The position numbers were made by a program, and so were the translations under genes. Source: Marsupella aquatica (Eukaryota > Plantae > Marchantiophyta). From it: 64,000 nt of DNA. Below, in pieces: positions 39,345 through 52,383 of this stretch (positions within the stretch are counted from its first letter, which is position 1; each line of letters begins with the position of its first letter). The notes under the pieces were generated by a model that did no database searches, had not been told where the DNA came from, and was given only the letters and a program-made list of their open reading frames with translations. The stretch lies in the NCBI GenBank assembly GCA_973895155.1, contig OZ316897.1:19042068-19106067 (forward strand), read 5' to 3'.

Positions 39345-40806
39345 AATCTACACCTTTCTCCTGTGTGAATCTCTTGGCAGCTACTAACGTTAACTGAGCC
39401 TTTTAGACCTTTGATCCACCTTATATAGACTTATCTTTCAGCTTGTATATCCATTTACTATCCACCACTTGTTGTCCCTCAGGTAACTTGACAAGCTCCC
39501 AAGTTTTGTTATCCTTCAATGACTGCATCTTTGTTTGCATTGTTTCAGTCCACTTTTGCTTCTCCTTTGAAGCACTAGCCTCATGAAATGAAGAAGGTTC
39601 CCCTTCTTCCAAAATTAGTGCATCACCCTCATCGATCATCCCCGAGTATGCAACTCTTGTATAATAGACAGGGGTCTTCATTTTTATATGGACTAAAAAG
39701 TTGGCTATACAAAATAATTAAAATTTGAAAAAACTTGGATTTTCTACTTAAAAAAATTTTCAAGTCATATAACAGGTTTGGTTTTCTTCTTTTTCCATAT
39801 GAAATTAAAAAATATTCTTACACTTGTTGTAATTTTTATTAAAAGATTTTTAAAATTTTAATAAAAATCCTATAAAGCTGGCTAGTTTGGCTGTAGACCC
39901 TGTATTAAAACAACCCATATAATTTGGTTTTGATTAACTTTTTGTACATCAAAAAATGTTTGCTTTTTTTAAGTTACATGTTTGGATTCCTTGAGTTGAG
40001 AGGTACAAGACTTTAGGAGACTAAAATGAAATCTAAGATGGTCAATTGGATAATTATAAAGCCATTATAAGAAATTAAAAACTTGCTTTATAAAAAGAGG
40101 AGTTGCATACCCGGGTCATCATCAACAATAAAATCCTCCTCTTGCAACTAAGATGGATCAAATCCACTGTTCATACCTTGGTGGAGCACATACAGTGCGA
40201 CCAAATGTTCTTCTAGTCAATGACTCCAGTTGATCTACGCTTGCTGGTACAATCTGAAGCTCAGCAACATCCACTTGCTACTCACCAGCATCAACAAACT
40301 CCTTTGGTTCCTTTGGCACAAGAACCAGCTCCATCATTGGAGCAACTACTTCTCTCCGATCATGCACCTCATGACCAATAGATCCCTCTCAACGAAATTT
40401 GGGATAGGAGATTTCTTTGTTAGTACGGGAGACTTGAGTATTCTCCCCCTTCTTCAATAATCTGGATTCATTGAAAGAACCATACCTACTAACAACAAGC
40501 TTACAGGCAATAGGGCCCCATAGCCTGTAGACTTTCACACCACTCTGGTATCCAAGAATTTAAACACTATATTTCTTGGAGATAGGATCCAACTTGGGCT
40601 TATTTTGCTTCGGTGTGAGAGCATATGTATCACTTCCAAAAACTACCTAGTCATGATAGTTTGTTTGCCGCTTATAGCGCATCTCAAATGACATTTTGAA
40701 ATTGATAGCATTAGAAGGAGAAAGATTTACCAAATAAATTATAATATTGCAGCTTCAGCCCAAAATTTGTGGTAAACCTGATTGGCTCAACATACTCCGT
40801 GATCGC
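39345..40806 (-). pseudogene. Degenerate copia pol fragment (integrase C-terminus to RT start), same family as 9649-15616
   Basis: Aligns by eye to ~11560-12525 (DEGDALILEEGEPSSFHEASASKEKQKW...). Has stops and indels and is split by a MITE. Confidence 0.9.
39641..40115. mobile_element. 475-bp non-autonomous DNA element (MITE) inserted in the copia fragment
   Basis: TIR cccg(a/g)gtatgcaactc. Flanks cgatcatc and tcatcatc look like a degenerate 8-bp TSD. The body is related to 37177-37575 and 40808-41267. Confidence 0.8.
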
Positions 40807-43236
40807 CTATTACATAAAACAATGTTTTGTAGGGGCCTATTAGGTAAGAAAATCCCACCAGAGAGCCCTTCGAGCATATATTTCATACTAATTAAAATCT
40901 TGTACGTTTCAAGTCAAAGAATCCAAAGATGTAACTTTAGAAAGAAACAAACTTGTTTTGATGTGGAAAATTTTGATCAAAGCCAAATTATATATTTTTG
41001 TTTTAATAAAAGGGTCTACAGCCAAACTAGCTAGGCTTTTTTAATTTAAATTCTAAAACTCTTTAATAAAAATTACAATAAGTTTAGGAAAAATTTTAAT
41101 TTTTTGTGGAAATATAAGAAAACCAAATGTTTTATATGACTTCAAACTTTTTAAAAGTGGATAAGCCAAGTTTTTTCAAGTTTTGACTTTTCTTATGGCC
41201 AACTTTTTAGTCCTAATAAAAATGTAGACCCCTGGCTACCTATTATACAAGAGTTGTGTATGCAGGGCCCAAAGATGCATGAAACAGACACCAAATGAAA
41301 CACTATACGGATATGTTAATTTACATGAAAATTCCAAAACTTAAAAGGAAAGTTTTCAAAGCCCTTTTCCCTTATTTCCAACACTTCAGCCCATAGATAC
41401 ATGAAACAAACACCAAATGAAACACAATATACAGATAGGTTAATTTAAATGAAATTAAATTCCAAGCTGAAAAGGAAAGTTTTCAAAGCCTTTCTCCAAA
41501 TTTCCAACACTTCAATTTTGAAATTGCAAACCCAGGTAAATGATACGTATGTTCATCTTTGTAGACATGACAGTAACTTTGCAGCAAAGCCCCTCACCGA
41601 ATGTCTATCCACATCATCACAAAGTTGATAAATACTATGCATCCAAGTCATTGAAAAGTAAAAGTGATTTGTTATATTCGCCACTGATGGGCTGTGGCGT
41701 ACATTGCTGTTCCAGCTCACCTTCTCTACTAAGCTATGAAATTTGGGTATTTGCCAACTTTTTTGAAAACTTGAATCTCACATCATCAGTCCGGTATGTG
41801 CAACTATACTAATGCAGTTGTTTGCCCAAATTCAATATTTATTTAATATGGTGATTGCAAATGGCATGGAGACCTGATTCCAATGGTGTGCACCCAGATG
41901 TGCAGCTGGGTGTGCGGCGGTTGCAAAGAGGACTCTGATAAAGAAGTTACAAACATGCCCCGAAATAACGCCAGCATACAACGGGGGTGGCCCACAAAGG
42001 GGTCGACAATCACCTGTACCCAAAGGTCATGAAGCCACAAAAAACCGGGGGTGGGGGAGGGGCCTGCACCAGGGAAGAAGTATACCCAGAACGGGAGCTC
42101 AACTATAAATTTTGAATCAAACTGTCTCCTTGTCATACTCTCACTTCCAAATGAGATTACGAAGGTGTAAGGCCCGCAATCAATAGCTTAGCATTCAGGT
42201 ACCTATAGCTTGCATGAGATACGTACCTGAGTGATCTTTTTCAGCTAGTGGATCCGTTGCGGAGTTGGAGAGGTAAATTGGTTATAGGGCGAGTTGTTCC
42301 ATAAGAAGATACGGTGCGCAAAACCTGTTAACAGGAAATTTCAATTCCATCCCAAAAATGTAAAGTTAAGGACACCACAACCTGTCAAGTCCACCAATTT
42401 CCAACAAGCAATTATCCCCAAAAAAAGACTCAGTGACAGTCTGCAACGTAATTTCTGGAATCGTTCCATGGTAACCAGAACACCACTCTGATCGAAGACA
42501 CAAGAGGTGGAACACACCGGACTTGAGGATAGGTCAGTACTCTACGACCTTGAATGTGTTTTCCACAGGACAGTGAATATCAAAGTGGTGAATGCAAACG
42601 CATTCCTTGGCCTTCTACTCCTTCAAGTACGTCGATCTCCAAGTAACACTGAACGCTAACCCAAGCTAGTAGACGAACAGACCCAAAGATATTTTTAAAC
42701 GACTTGTTCTACAGCATTCAGATCATAGCACGCATAGCCTAAAGAAGGTTTTGCACAGGCAAGCTATTACCTTTTATATCGAACAGAAAATAAATGACAA
42801 GGCGCTTTAAAGTTGACACACCACAAGCAAGTTAATTATGAGGTTCCGAAAGCGGGAGATGGTAGTATGTTTTGAGTCGACCTATTTGAGACTTTCCAAT
42901 TTGGTTCCTCCATAATCCTGGCTAGGGGCTCTACGCACTATATACCAAGTCCCACTAAACTTAAACACGACTCCCTAAAGACTACATGGAGTAAGTACAT
43001 CTACTCCTAGCTTGTGAATCCAGGCCAAGACTAATAGGAAATCCTCTATAGGGCAGTTGAATAAAGGTCCTTCCGAGATCGAGGAGGTGCCATAAATGTC
43101 GACATTCGGGAATTGGTATAATTACTCGCTCGGGTAGTAAAATTCTGAATTATTTCAGTTCACCACAACTCTCCTGAAGCTCATCAAATACCACACGTCC
43201 AAAAAGAGAACAGTTCATGATGGTTCGGCTACGATG

Positions 43237-46068
43237 CTATACAGTGTATGCCTGCTCTATGTCGTCCATATCCAAGCCTTTCAGTTTTATGACAGACTCC
43301 ACACGTCCCTTCAGAGTGTGCTTCTCTCTCAACTTAGCAAAGTCTGCTCTTATCATTGCCAAAGCAGCCATCTGGGGGATATCCTTGATGGATGCCGGTG
43401 TAGTCGAGCTCTGGAGATCTGCTCCCGCCACCGTTCGTTGAGCATGTGCCCATTGTGCCTCCCTCCCCTCGGTAGGAACCTTGAACGCAGTCTTCCTATC
43501 GAGAATCAGATTCCAAGCGCGTCCACTCATAATGTAGTAGAAGGCTATCTTGATGAAGTCCAGAGGGATGTAAGTGACGATGCTGAACAACCAGATGACC
43601 CCAGCCCACCCCCAGCCCACTCCGCTGATGCCAGCAAATGCCCAGTTGGCATAGACAGCCACAAGGGTGGCCACTATTTGTGCAACGAAGAAGGCGGTCA
43701 CTAGAAGACCCCCTGGGCGATCGAAGTAAGAGAAGCCTCGTGACCGAGTCACAAAGATCAGAGCTTGGCCACTGATACTCATTTGCAAATACATTGCTGA
43801 CATGAGCTGACCTTTGTTCCCGCTGATTGACGTCACGTGGAAAGTGTTCGAGAAGAAGTCGGTTTTGGTGATAGCCCAGAAGAACATCACCGGAACCAAG
43901 CACAAGTAAGCGCCAATCACCAGACCGATGGAGAAAATCTCCTTCAGCTTCCAACTGTCCGGTAAGAGGGATGGAATAACTCTGTCCTTTGCGATAGTCA
44001 TGATGGTACCGTCGTTGAGGATGGCAATGATCAGAACCATAAATGGAGAGAAGTCGAATTTCCAGATCAAAGCCAGAAGCAGAAAGGTGAGCACTATCCT
44101 AACTGTGATGGAGACAGCGTAGATGGTGTAGTTCTTCATCCTCTGGAATATCGCCCTACTAGTGAGAACAGCATGAATTATTACGCTAAGACCAGGCTCA
44201 GTCAGCACAATGTCGGAAGCGCTACGGGCGGCATCGGTTGCATCAGACACAGCGATTCCGATATCGGCCTTCTTCAATGCCGGGGCGTCGTTCACACCAT
44301 CTCCAGTCATACCGCAAATGTGCTTCTGCTCTTGCAATCTTTTCACGATTTCATACTTGTGCTCAGGGAACACTCCTGCAAATCCATCAGCTTTGAAGAT
44401 GAGTTCATCTATGTCAACTCCTGCCATGGAGTCCTCCTTGCTCTTCCCGAACAAGCTAGCGGATGGGTACATGTTGGAACCCATGCCAAGTCTTCGCCCT
44501 GTTTCCTTGGCAATAGCTAGCTGATCACCTGTGATCATCTTCACATTGACCCCTAGCTTGAGAGCCTCCCTAATGGTATCAGCACTGTCATGGCGAGGGG
44601 GGTCAAAAAGAGGTAATAACCCGAGAAACTCCCAAGGCCCTCCCGTGCTTTCTTTGTGTTTCTCCGGCACAGACTGTCTCGCAACTGCAAGAGAGCGGAG
44701 GCCACGCTCAGCAAAATTATCGATGACTTGGTGCACTCGGGCTGCGATTTCAGACTTGTTGTGGACCAAATCAAGTATTTCCTCCGGAGCTCCCTTGCTG
44801 GCCCTATGCCAGGCCCCGTCCGAATCGATGAAAGTGATGGCTGTCCTCTTGTCCACCGGGTTGAAGGGCAGGAAGTGAACTTCCTGGATTCCCGCACGAG
44901 CCTCACGAGGATCTCCCAGCATCCCGACTATAGCCGTGTCAATGGCATCCTGATTTTCAGTCCTGGCTGCTCTGGCTGCAGACAAGATGACGAAATCCCT
45001 ATCCACACCTGCAGTGAAAACTTCCACGAGATTCTTGTCTACGGACAGCTTGTTGAGGGTCAAAGTCCCTGTCTTATCACTACAAAGCACGTCCATACCT
45101 GCCATCTCCTCAATAGCCGTCATGCGCTTCGTGATTGCACCTTGTTTGGACAACTTGTGGGAGCCAATAGCCATCGTGACAGAAAGCACAGTCGGCATGG
45201 CAATAGGGATTCCACCAATAAGCAAAACCAAAAGGTTGTTAATCCCATCGCGGTAACTTCTGTGCTGGATGGCATACATCACAATAATTTCCACAACCAG
45301 ACCTATGCCAATTGTGCACAGACAGAAATTGCCTATTGTTCTCAGAACTGTTTGGAAATGCCCCACAGACTTAGTGCTGTCAACAAGGTAGGCAGCCTTG
45401 CCGAAGAAGGTGTGCACGCCTGTGGCAATGACGACAGCCTCTATCTCTCCTTGCTTGCAGATTGATCCTGAGAACACCTCATCGCCTGGTTTCTTGGTGA
45501 CAGGAAGGGACTCTCCAGTTAGGGAGGACTGGTCGATTTTAAGAGCATCTCCATCCAGAAGTCGAGCATCAGCAGGGACGATGTCCCCTAACTTGATGCC
45601 AATGATATCCCCTGGAACCAGAATGGATGCATCGTGCTCGTCCCACTTCCCATCTCTCAAAACCTTAGCCTTTGGAGCCAATCGAGCCATTAAAGCTGCC
45701 GCAGCATTACCTGCATTATTCTCCTCATAGAAGCTGATGGTGGAGTTGATGACCAGCAGCGAGATAATACCGATAAAATTCTCCCAATCGGGCGGCTTTC
45801 CCCCGCCATTCGCCAGGACAAGGGCCATAATCGCAGCAGCCTCCATCACCCAAGACAAAGGATTCCACATGAACCCAAGGAACTTCCGAATTTTACTCTC
45901 CTTGATCTCCTTGAGCTTGTTAGGGCCGAACGTCTGCAGTCGAGCCTCTCCCTCTTGGGTGGAGAGACCTTGCTTGGTGCATCTCAGCTTCACAAACACT
46001 TCCTCCATCGGGACCTGCTCCAGGTCCATCGTCTCAGTCACCATGTCTTCCGAATTTATCTCCCCCAT
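43237..46068 (-). CDS. AHA: Plasma-membrane P3A H+-ATPase, single coding exon, 943 aa (copy 2)
   Basis: Translation is identical to copy 1 except I9M. Confidence 0.97.
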   Translation of the reverse strand: MGEINSEDMVTETMDLEQVPMEEVFVKLRCTKQGLSTQEGEARLQTFGPNKLKEIKESKIRKFLGFMWNPLSWVMEAAAIMALVLANGGGKPPDWENFIGIISLLVINSTISFYEENNAGNAAAALMARLAPKAKVLRDGKWDEHDASILVPGDIIGIKLGDIVPADARLLDGDALKIDQSSLTGESLPVTKKPGDEVFSGSICKQGEIEAVVIATGVHTFFGKAAYLVDSTKSVGHFQTVLRTIGNFCLCTIGIGLVVEIIVMYAIQHRSYRDGINNLLVLLIGGIPIAMPTVLSVTMAIGSHKLSKQGAITKRMTAIEEMAGMDVLCSDKTGTLTLNKLSVDKNLVEVFTAGVDRDFVILSAARAARTENQDAIDTAIVGMLGDPREARAGIQEVHFLPFNPVDKRTAITFIDSDGAWHRASKGAPEEILDLVHNKSEIAARVHQVIDNFAERGLRSLAVARQSVPEKHKESTGGPWEFLGLLPLFDPPRHDSADTIREALKLGVNVKMITGDQLAIAKETGRRLGMGSNMYPSASLFGKSKEDSMAGVDIDELIFKADGFAGVFPEHKYEIVKRLQEQKHICGMTGDGVNDAPALKKADIGIAVSDATDAARSASDIVLTEPGLSVIIHAVLTSRAIFQRMKNYTIYAVSITVRIVLTFLLLALIWKFDFSPFMVLIIAILNDGTIMTIAKDRVIPSLLPDSWKLKEIFSIGLVIGAYLCLVPVMFFWAITKTDFFSNTFHVTSISGNKGQLMSAMYLQMSISGQALIFVTRSRGFSYFDRPGGLLVTAFFVAQIVATLVAVYANWAFAGISGVGWGWAGVIWLFSIVTYIPLDFIKIAFYYIMSGRAWNLILDRKTAFKVPTEGREAQWAHAQRTVAGADLQSSTTPASIKDIPQMAALAMIRADFAKLREKHTLKGRVESVIKLKGLDMDDIEQAYTV

Positions 46069-46083
46069 CTGCGTCAGTCCAGA

Positions 46084-46530
46084 AACTCGCAAGTCTAAAT
46101 TAGCTACGGTAGTTCCCCCACCTCTCAAGATAGACTGCAGCAAGGCATGAACCCCCAGCAGGAACCTTCTCCGGCCCTCTGACTGCTCCGATCCGACAAC
46201 GGGTCTGACAACAGCAAATGAATACTGCCAAGTCTAAATTAGCTAGATCTCCCACCACTCAAGACTGCAGCAATGCAAGAACCCGGAGCACGAACCTTCT
46301 CCAGTGACTGCTCCCTCAACAGCAAATGAAATGAAAACTCGCAAGTCTAAATTAGCAAGCTCTCCCACCTCTCAAGACTGCAGCAAGGCATGAACAACGA
46401 GCACAAACCCATCTCCTGTGACTGCTCTGACAACAGCAAATGAAAACTCGCAAGTCTAAATTAGCTAGCTCTCCCACCTCTCAAGACTGCAGCACCGTCT
46501 CCTGTGACTGCACTGAGAACAGCAAATGAA
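46084..46530 (-). repeat. Four-unit leader tandem repeat of copy 2, with two uORFs
   Basis: aagtctaaattagc occurs four times. uORF ATGs read as CAT at 46389-46391 and 46146-46148. Confidence 0.85.
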
Positions 46531-47789
46531 TTGCTCTCGATGAGTGAGAGAGCAGCGGAAGCTGGGCTTATATAAGTTCATTGGCTGCTTTCAGAGGCAA
46601 TGTTCGTGGTCAGTTCCTCTCAAAGCGTAGGCCGCTCTTGACCATGTGTCCTCCGTCAGTTCCTACTCAAAAGACAATTTTCACTAGAAACGTACGTACT
46701 GCCATAGAAAACAATGGCATTAGTTCTTGCCATCTGTGTCAGGAAACCATTGTTGGTATTTACTTAGTCAGTTGCTCTTACACCACTTCACAAGATGGTT
46801 CACAATGTGAAGATGGTGTAAGGTGCGAGAGCGCATATTACGTAGCCAACTAAATTATTTATGCAAATTCCCAAGCAGAGCCAGAATGTGATCAATCCGT
46901 GCCCATACAGGTCGCCCTTACACCAAGCCTCACACACCAGCGGGAATTCAGGGACGCACATCGAATGAGTCCTGATTGGTCAAAGAACTCATCCAACCAT
47001 CAATCCGTGTGCATACAGGTAGCCCTTACATCCAGCTTTGCACACCAGCGGGAATTCAGGGACGCACATCAAATGAGCCTTAATTGGTCAGAAAACTCAT
47101 CCAACCATCCAACCTGTTGTACAAAGGCATTACTCTCCGTTGATGTAGTGTATAATAAGCAGTTGTGCGCATTATTTTCTATATGACCTAAAAGTTGTAT
47201 GGAATGAAATAATTTTTAAAAAATAGTCAAACTTTACACTTTAAATTTCATGAGTTTTAAATCTCTATAAATTTTGGATTTTCTCTTTTAATTTCCGCTT
47301 AGTATAGTTAGGAAATTATCCCTAAACTTGCTCCAACTTTTCTTTAAAGATTTCTAAAATCTCAATATATTAAAAGCCATGTGTAGACACATGTATTAAA
47401 AAAACCATGTAAGTCCCTTGGTTTTGAGAATTGAAAATCTTCCAGATAAAAACAAGTTTGCTTCCTTACTCTACATTGATCTTTTCATTTCCTGAGTTGG
47501 CTGTTAGCACTAGTAGGGCCCTCACTCCAAGTAAAATCATTGAGCCCCCTGCTATGTGACCAATGACCCTCTCCCTTTTACCCCTTTCTATTTCTGTTTT
47601 TCTATAAATAAAAAGTCCCTCTCCCTTTCACCCCTTGCTATTTCTGTTTTTCTATACAATGGTTGTTCTTGATACCCATGATAATTATATTTATTAGTCT
47701 TAAAATGAATAATACCAGTCTTCAAGCATTCGCACATGCTCTACATATTAATAAAGATTGAGGGCCAAAGGTTTTGACATAGACATCCA

Positions 47790-48840
47790 TGTTAGGATTT
47801 ACTCTTAGGTCTAGAGTTACAATTGTACCGTAGTTAAGGCTAACCTTAGTCACAGACTTGGTTAGGTTAGTCATGTTGTGCACACTCTATAACCAAGTAG
47901 TGTTTGATTGGAGAGTGGGAACTCAGGCTCATTGTTCCGGAGCTAGTTGAGAGATAGGGAGAGCTTGCGCTGTGGATGCTTGGTATGGCCGGTCGGCCTA
48001 GAGTGCAATAAAGCTCTTGTGTGTTCCCGTGGACGTAGTGTCATGTGGAGGTGAACCACATATCTCTCTATGTCGACTCTTGTGCGTTGGATGGTTCATG
48101 GGCTTGCCGTTGCGATTGTTGTCTATGCTCAACAATTGGTATCAGAGCATGCTTGGGAGGTGACAAGGTTTTTCCGTGATGGTCTTCCAGGGTTCAGTGT
48201 CGGTGTTGCATTTCGAGTTTCGTTGCATGAAACTCAAATGTATATGGCTGAGCGGACAGATTAGTGAGAGGGATTTCTATCGGTGTATAGAAATCATTGG
48301 TTGTATCCATGGTGCGGAGGAATCATTTGCATTGTTCTGGAATTTTTGGTTAAGTTTCGTGCTTGACGGGTTTTGGGGGAGAGACCTAAGATTGTTTTCT
48401 CAATGGTGTGAGCTTTGTGGTGCACGAGGCATCGCATGTTGTTGCTCCGCTTGTAGCTCAAACCGAGCTGGTTGTTTTGGTAGTTGAGTTGCTACCGAGT
48501 AGTTACCGAGTGCGTCGTGACAATTGAAAGAGAAGTTCAGGTTTTTTCATAGGCTATGGAGCTTGTTCCCATCTGAACCGGGTTTCTCATTGTCATGTTT
48601 GACTCGGAGGAAGAGACGCGCGCAAAGTGCTAAGGCTCAACGGAGAGATCACAGAAAAGTGGTCATTTTGAGTCCGGTATTGGCACTTGACCGGAGTGAA
48701 GGCGACGTGATGGAATTGTTTTTCTCTGCTAGAGTAGTAGACGGTGCCAGTGCAATTCGACAACATTTCCCATCGGCGTCATCACTTCTCTCAAGCAAAA
48801 CGGTGGCGACAACAAAAATTAACAAAAATTAGGTTTTTAG
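47790..48840 (+). mobile_element. Truncated copia element: 345-bp LTR, PBS and untranslated leader, no gag
   Basis: TGTTAGG...GCTCAACA (47790-48134) is related to the LTR of 9649-15616. PBS TGGTATCAGAGC at 48137-48148. Confidence 0.85.
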
Positions 48841-48881
48841 AGGGGATTTGGTGTGTGTATACACATGATCCCGTAACACCT

Positions 48882-49330
48882 CTCTAGGCCCTTGTACTCC
48901 CTCCACCCCCCCTTATGAGTATTCCTCCCCTCGCACCAGGTTCGTGGGTTGCCGCAGCCGCGGCACGCAGCACCGGCTGACAGTCCGTGGCCTGCAGCCC
49001 CGCCCTTCTGCCTGCATTCGGCAATTGTGCAAAAGCCGCAAAGTCTCCCTGGTGACTACTTGCAACCCCGGCCCGACCTTTTGCATACACAGCCACTCTT
49101 ATTCCCTCTTGCGCCCCTGTACGTCCATCAGCCCTTGGCCCGCCATCCCTGGGCCCTCAGCTTACAAAATAATGAAACATACGTGCAAACGTCCGATGGG
49201 TATTAAATATCAAATCCGCAAATAATATTATAACACCGTTCTAAGCAACAAGGTCCTTGTTTATAACCGATTAGAAGAGGGAAGGGTTTTTTAAAATGTG
49301 TCCCAAAGTTAATGAATTGAAGGGCCATGG
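48882..49330. mobile_element. MITE of the CCCTGGGCCCTYA-TIR family
   Basis: Degenerate TIRs (ctctaggccctt and aagggccatgg). TAACACCT is duplicated at 48874-48881 and 49331-49338. Confidence 0.6.
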
Positions 49331-50066
49331 TAACACCTAATGACACGCGTCACTTGTTCATTGGACCACGTGTCATCACACCAGTGGATTAGGGGGTTCT
49401 AATTTCAAGAAGGACAATTATAGTGAAGCCCAATGGGTTTGTGTTGAGTGTGGTGATTCCAGTATAATTTGTAATATTTGCTCTCAATTTTCAGAAGTGG
49501 ATGCTCCCATCCCATATGTATGGAGCAACATTAAGAATCTGTGGCCTAGTAAGATGTCTGGTACTTTCCAGATAGGAGTTGTGGATGACTTTTTTGGCTT
49601 GTTAAGTGCAATGTCACCTCTAATGTCTTGTAGTGAGATTCCGTTGGAATCTCCTGGAGAACTTTGATATATGTAACTGTCCCGTATGTACGTAGTTTAA
49701 ATTATATGTTTGTGTGCTAAAGCCCCAATGGCTTTCACACATTTCCAAATATTATATATTGCAATATGTTTGTTTAGTGTACTTGCCACTTAATGGTACT
49801 TTAAATAAAATGTGCATTCATGATTGAATCTCTTTGCAAAAGATTTTTTTATAACAAATGAAGGGTGTTTTAAATCCCCAAATCTATCTGATTATAATAA
49901 CATAGGTAAGTTTTATATAGGACTGAAAATTCTTTTTAGAACAAACAAGATATATTTTAATGTTCTTCCAAAATATAACAAGGGTACTTGGGGGCCTTTG
50001 GTCACGGGTATGTCTCATTATATTTCCCTTAGTGAGGGACCAAGGATTATGGTATAGTTGTTACTG

Positions 50067-50262
50067 TAGACCTAAGAGTAAATCCTAACAATCTCCCTCT
50101 TGACTGTGATCTAGAGGAGGATAAAGACGGCTAACTATATGCTTAGCAGGAAGTTTTGAAAAGAGAAACCAAACAAATTTTTCCCTCTTTAAATGAGAAT
50201 AGACCAGAACTAAGTCGTAGCCTATATATACAAGGAATGAGCAAGAGCATATATCTATCTAC
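50067..50262 (-). mobile_element. Copia 3' UTR, PPT and start of the 3' LTR (fragment)
   Basis: Similar to ~10008-10195 (aagagtaaat..aacaatct.cc..ttgact; accagaactaag.cgtagcct). Confidence 0.75.
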
Positions 50263-50415
50263 ACATGTAAACCTTGGGCCCTCAGCATTACTAATTATAC
50301 AAGGAGGATGTGCAAACAACGCAAGGGTATTTTTAATGTAATGCAAACTAATTTTATAGTAGTTTTTAAAGTAGGCAACATCCCTATATATACATTTGAC
50401 ACAATATTAGCAATA

Positions 50416-50807
50416 GGTCAAGTGCAAGCTAGAGGGGTACCAAAGGAGTCCCCAAGGACTAGCTCAAAAAGGAGAGGGGAAGGACTAGAAATGTCATTAA
50501 GATTTAGTTGAGCACACTCCCAAAAAGGTTGGGCACACTTCCAAATGATTGGGGGCATTGCCAACAATGTTGTGCACACTTTCAAAAAGATTGGGCACAC
50601 TTCTAGAATTCCCAAACATTTGGACACACTTCCAAACATTTGGCATGCATAATCTAACCTTTCAATCTCACCAAAACAATCCTGGCCATTCCATGTAACA
50701 TTTAAATGGTCTTTTTGTCCTCTAGTGATTGCTTTTACCAAGGACCTATGTCCTTTTGGTGGAGAAAATGGAGATCCTTTCAGTACCCCTCTAACTTGCA
50801 CTTGACC
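50416..50807. mobile_element. 392-bp MITE with 25-bp TIRs and a candidate 4-bp TSD
   Basis: ggtcaagtgcaag(c/t)tagaggggtac at both ends (24/25 match). AATA at 50412-50415 and 50808-50811. Confidence 0.8.
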
Positions 50808-50920
50808 AATAAGGCTCTTATCAAATACATGTCACATTAATCTTATGCAAGGGTACCCAAAATGCCAAGTACTGTACGCGTCACTATATGCCTGGTTGGC
50901 ACAAATGTCATCATTTCAAG

Positions 50921-51108
50921 AGCTAGAGATAGGGAGAGCTTGTGTTGTGGATGCTTCAGTTGGTATGGCCGGTCGGCCTAGAGTACAATAAAGCTCTTGT
51001 GTGTTCCCGTGGACGTAGCCTAATGTGGAAGTGAACCATGTATCTCTCAGTGTCAATAATTGTGCGTTGGATGGTTCAAGGGCTTGTCGTTGTGACTTGT
51101 CATCTATG
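50921..51108 (+). mobile_element. Partial copia LTR (3' half)
   Basis: Matches ~47941-48127 and stops a few bases short of the LTR end. Confidence 0.8.
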
Positions 51109-51545
51109 TGCGGACCCCATCTTTTTTGTCTTTTTCATTAAAGCACCATTATTACCCTAATACGGTTAGGATAACCATAATATATACTTAAGATATCGCC
51201 GCCAAACAAAGGAAGAGGAGGCTGCGTACACAGCCACGATAGGTACCGTGTCTTTACCAAGTTATGAGTAAAGAGGCAATCATGAGCGCCACTAGAATAA
51301 CGCCATGATTAGAATCGTCATAATGGGCCGTTCAATTGAGGCACTTCATGATTACAAGACAACGACCGTCCCATTCGTCCGGACATCCACAAACCAAAGA
51401 GGCGACCCATTTGAGCTTAAGGCAGGGGGCGGGCTAGTTTTTGTCCCACAACGCATCATAACGCTCGACAAACCACCCTTCCCCCCCAAGAGAACACTTG
51501 GCGATCACAAGCACCACCATCCACTCACTCCTTACATCGAGCAAA

Positions 51546-52383
51546 ATGGAAGCGGCAAGAGCACGGAGAGCAGAGGTTCCCCCGGCCAAGAACAAGAAGG
51601 GCTCAGCCTTGTCGGCCAAGGAGAAGATTCGCAACTCCATTACGGAGGTCCAACATATCAAGGAAAGCCAACCGGTACTTGACAGAGCCAGGATTTATGG
51701 CTTGGTCCAAATGGACCAATATCTATCAACATCTCAAGCAGGAGAAATCTGCTCACGAATCACTAAGGTAACAATGTCACCCGAGGGGATGTTTATTACG
51801 TACCCAGGAAAGACGTATATTTTCTCCAACCCAAGGTTGTGTGCAATGTCCAATCTTACCAGGGTGGGATGACTGCCTTTCGCGTACCAAGTAGACCCCC
51901 TTGAGGAAGCAGGCATAGCCAACTTCTTGCAACAGGCAGAGGTCCGGATAAATCAGGGAAATATACAATATGGCGCCATCCAGCAGAAGGAGTATCACAA
52001 CTTTATCGAGTTTTGCACCAAGTGGGTGATGGTTAAGAGCGGGTACCATCATGCCACACTACCAAGGATTGCCGTCGTGAGGGCCCTATTCGTGGGATCC
52101 CTCCATCTGCTTCAAAATATGGAAGGCAAGTGTATCCATTGTGATCGACGCAAAAGGTTGTCCAAAGTTCTCGTCACTATTAGCATATCAACTAAGAGTT
52201 GTAGTACACAATGTTTTTGAGATCCAAGAGACAGTTAGTAGAGCTCCGCTAGAAAATTTGGACTCAAGAGAATCGGAGTCAGAAGATCAAGAAGAAGCCC
52301 AGGGTATAGTACTAATAAGGGCAGAGTTGGGATCCATAGCTAACGTTGTCGTGAGGATTCTTTGTTTAGTAAGTTCCTCCTAA
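51546..52383 (+). pseudogene. Degenerate retrotransposon accessory ORF (plant-transposon-protein/PMD-like)
   Basis: Broken frames MEAARARRAEV...RIYGLVQMDQY...YPGKTYIFSNPRLCAMSNL*...EFCTKWVMVKSG loosely parallel the central domain of the 58655 ORF. Confidence 0.35.

Larger units (their letters stand above)
40805..47500 (-). repeat. Right arm of the large inverted duplication
   Basis: Reverse complement of ~30500-37578. Confidence 0.9.
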
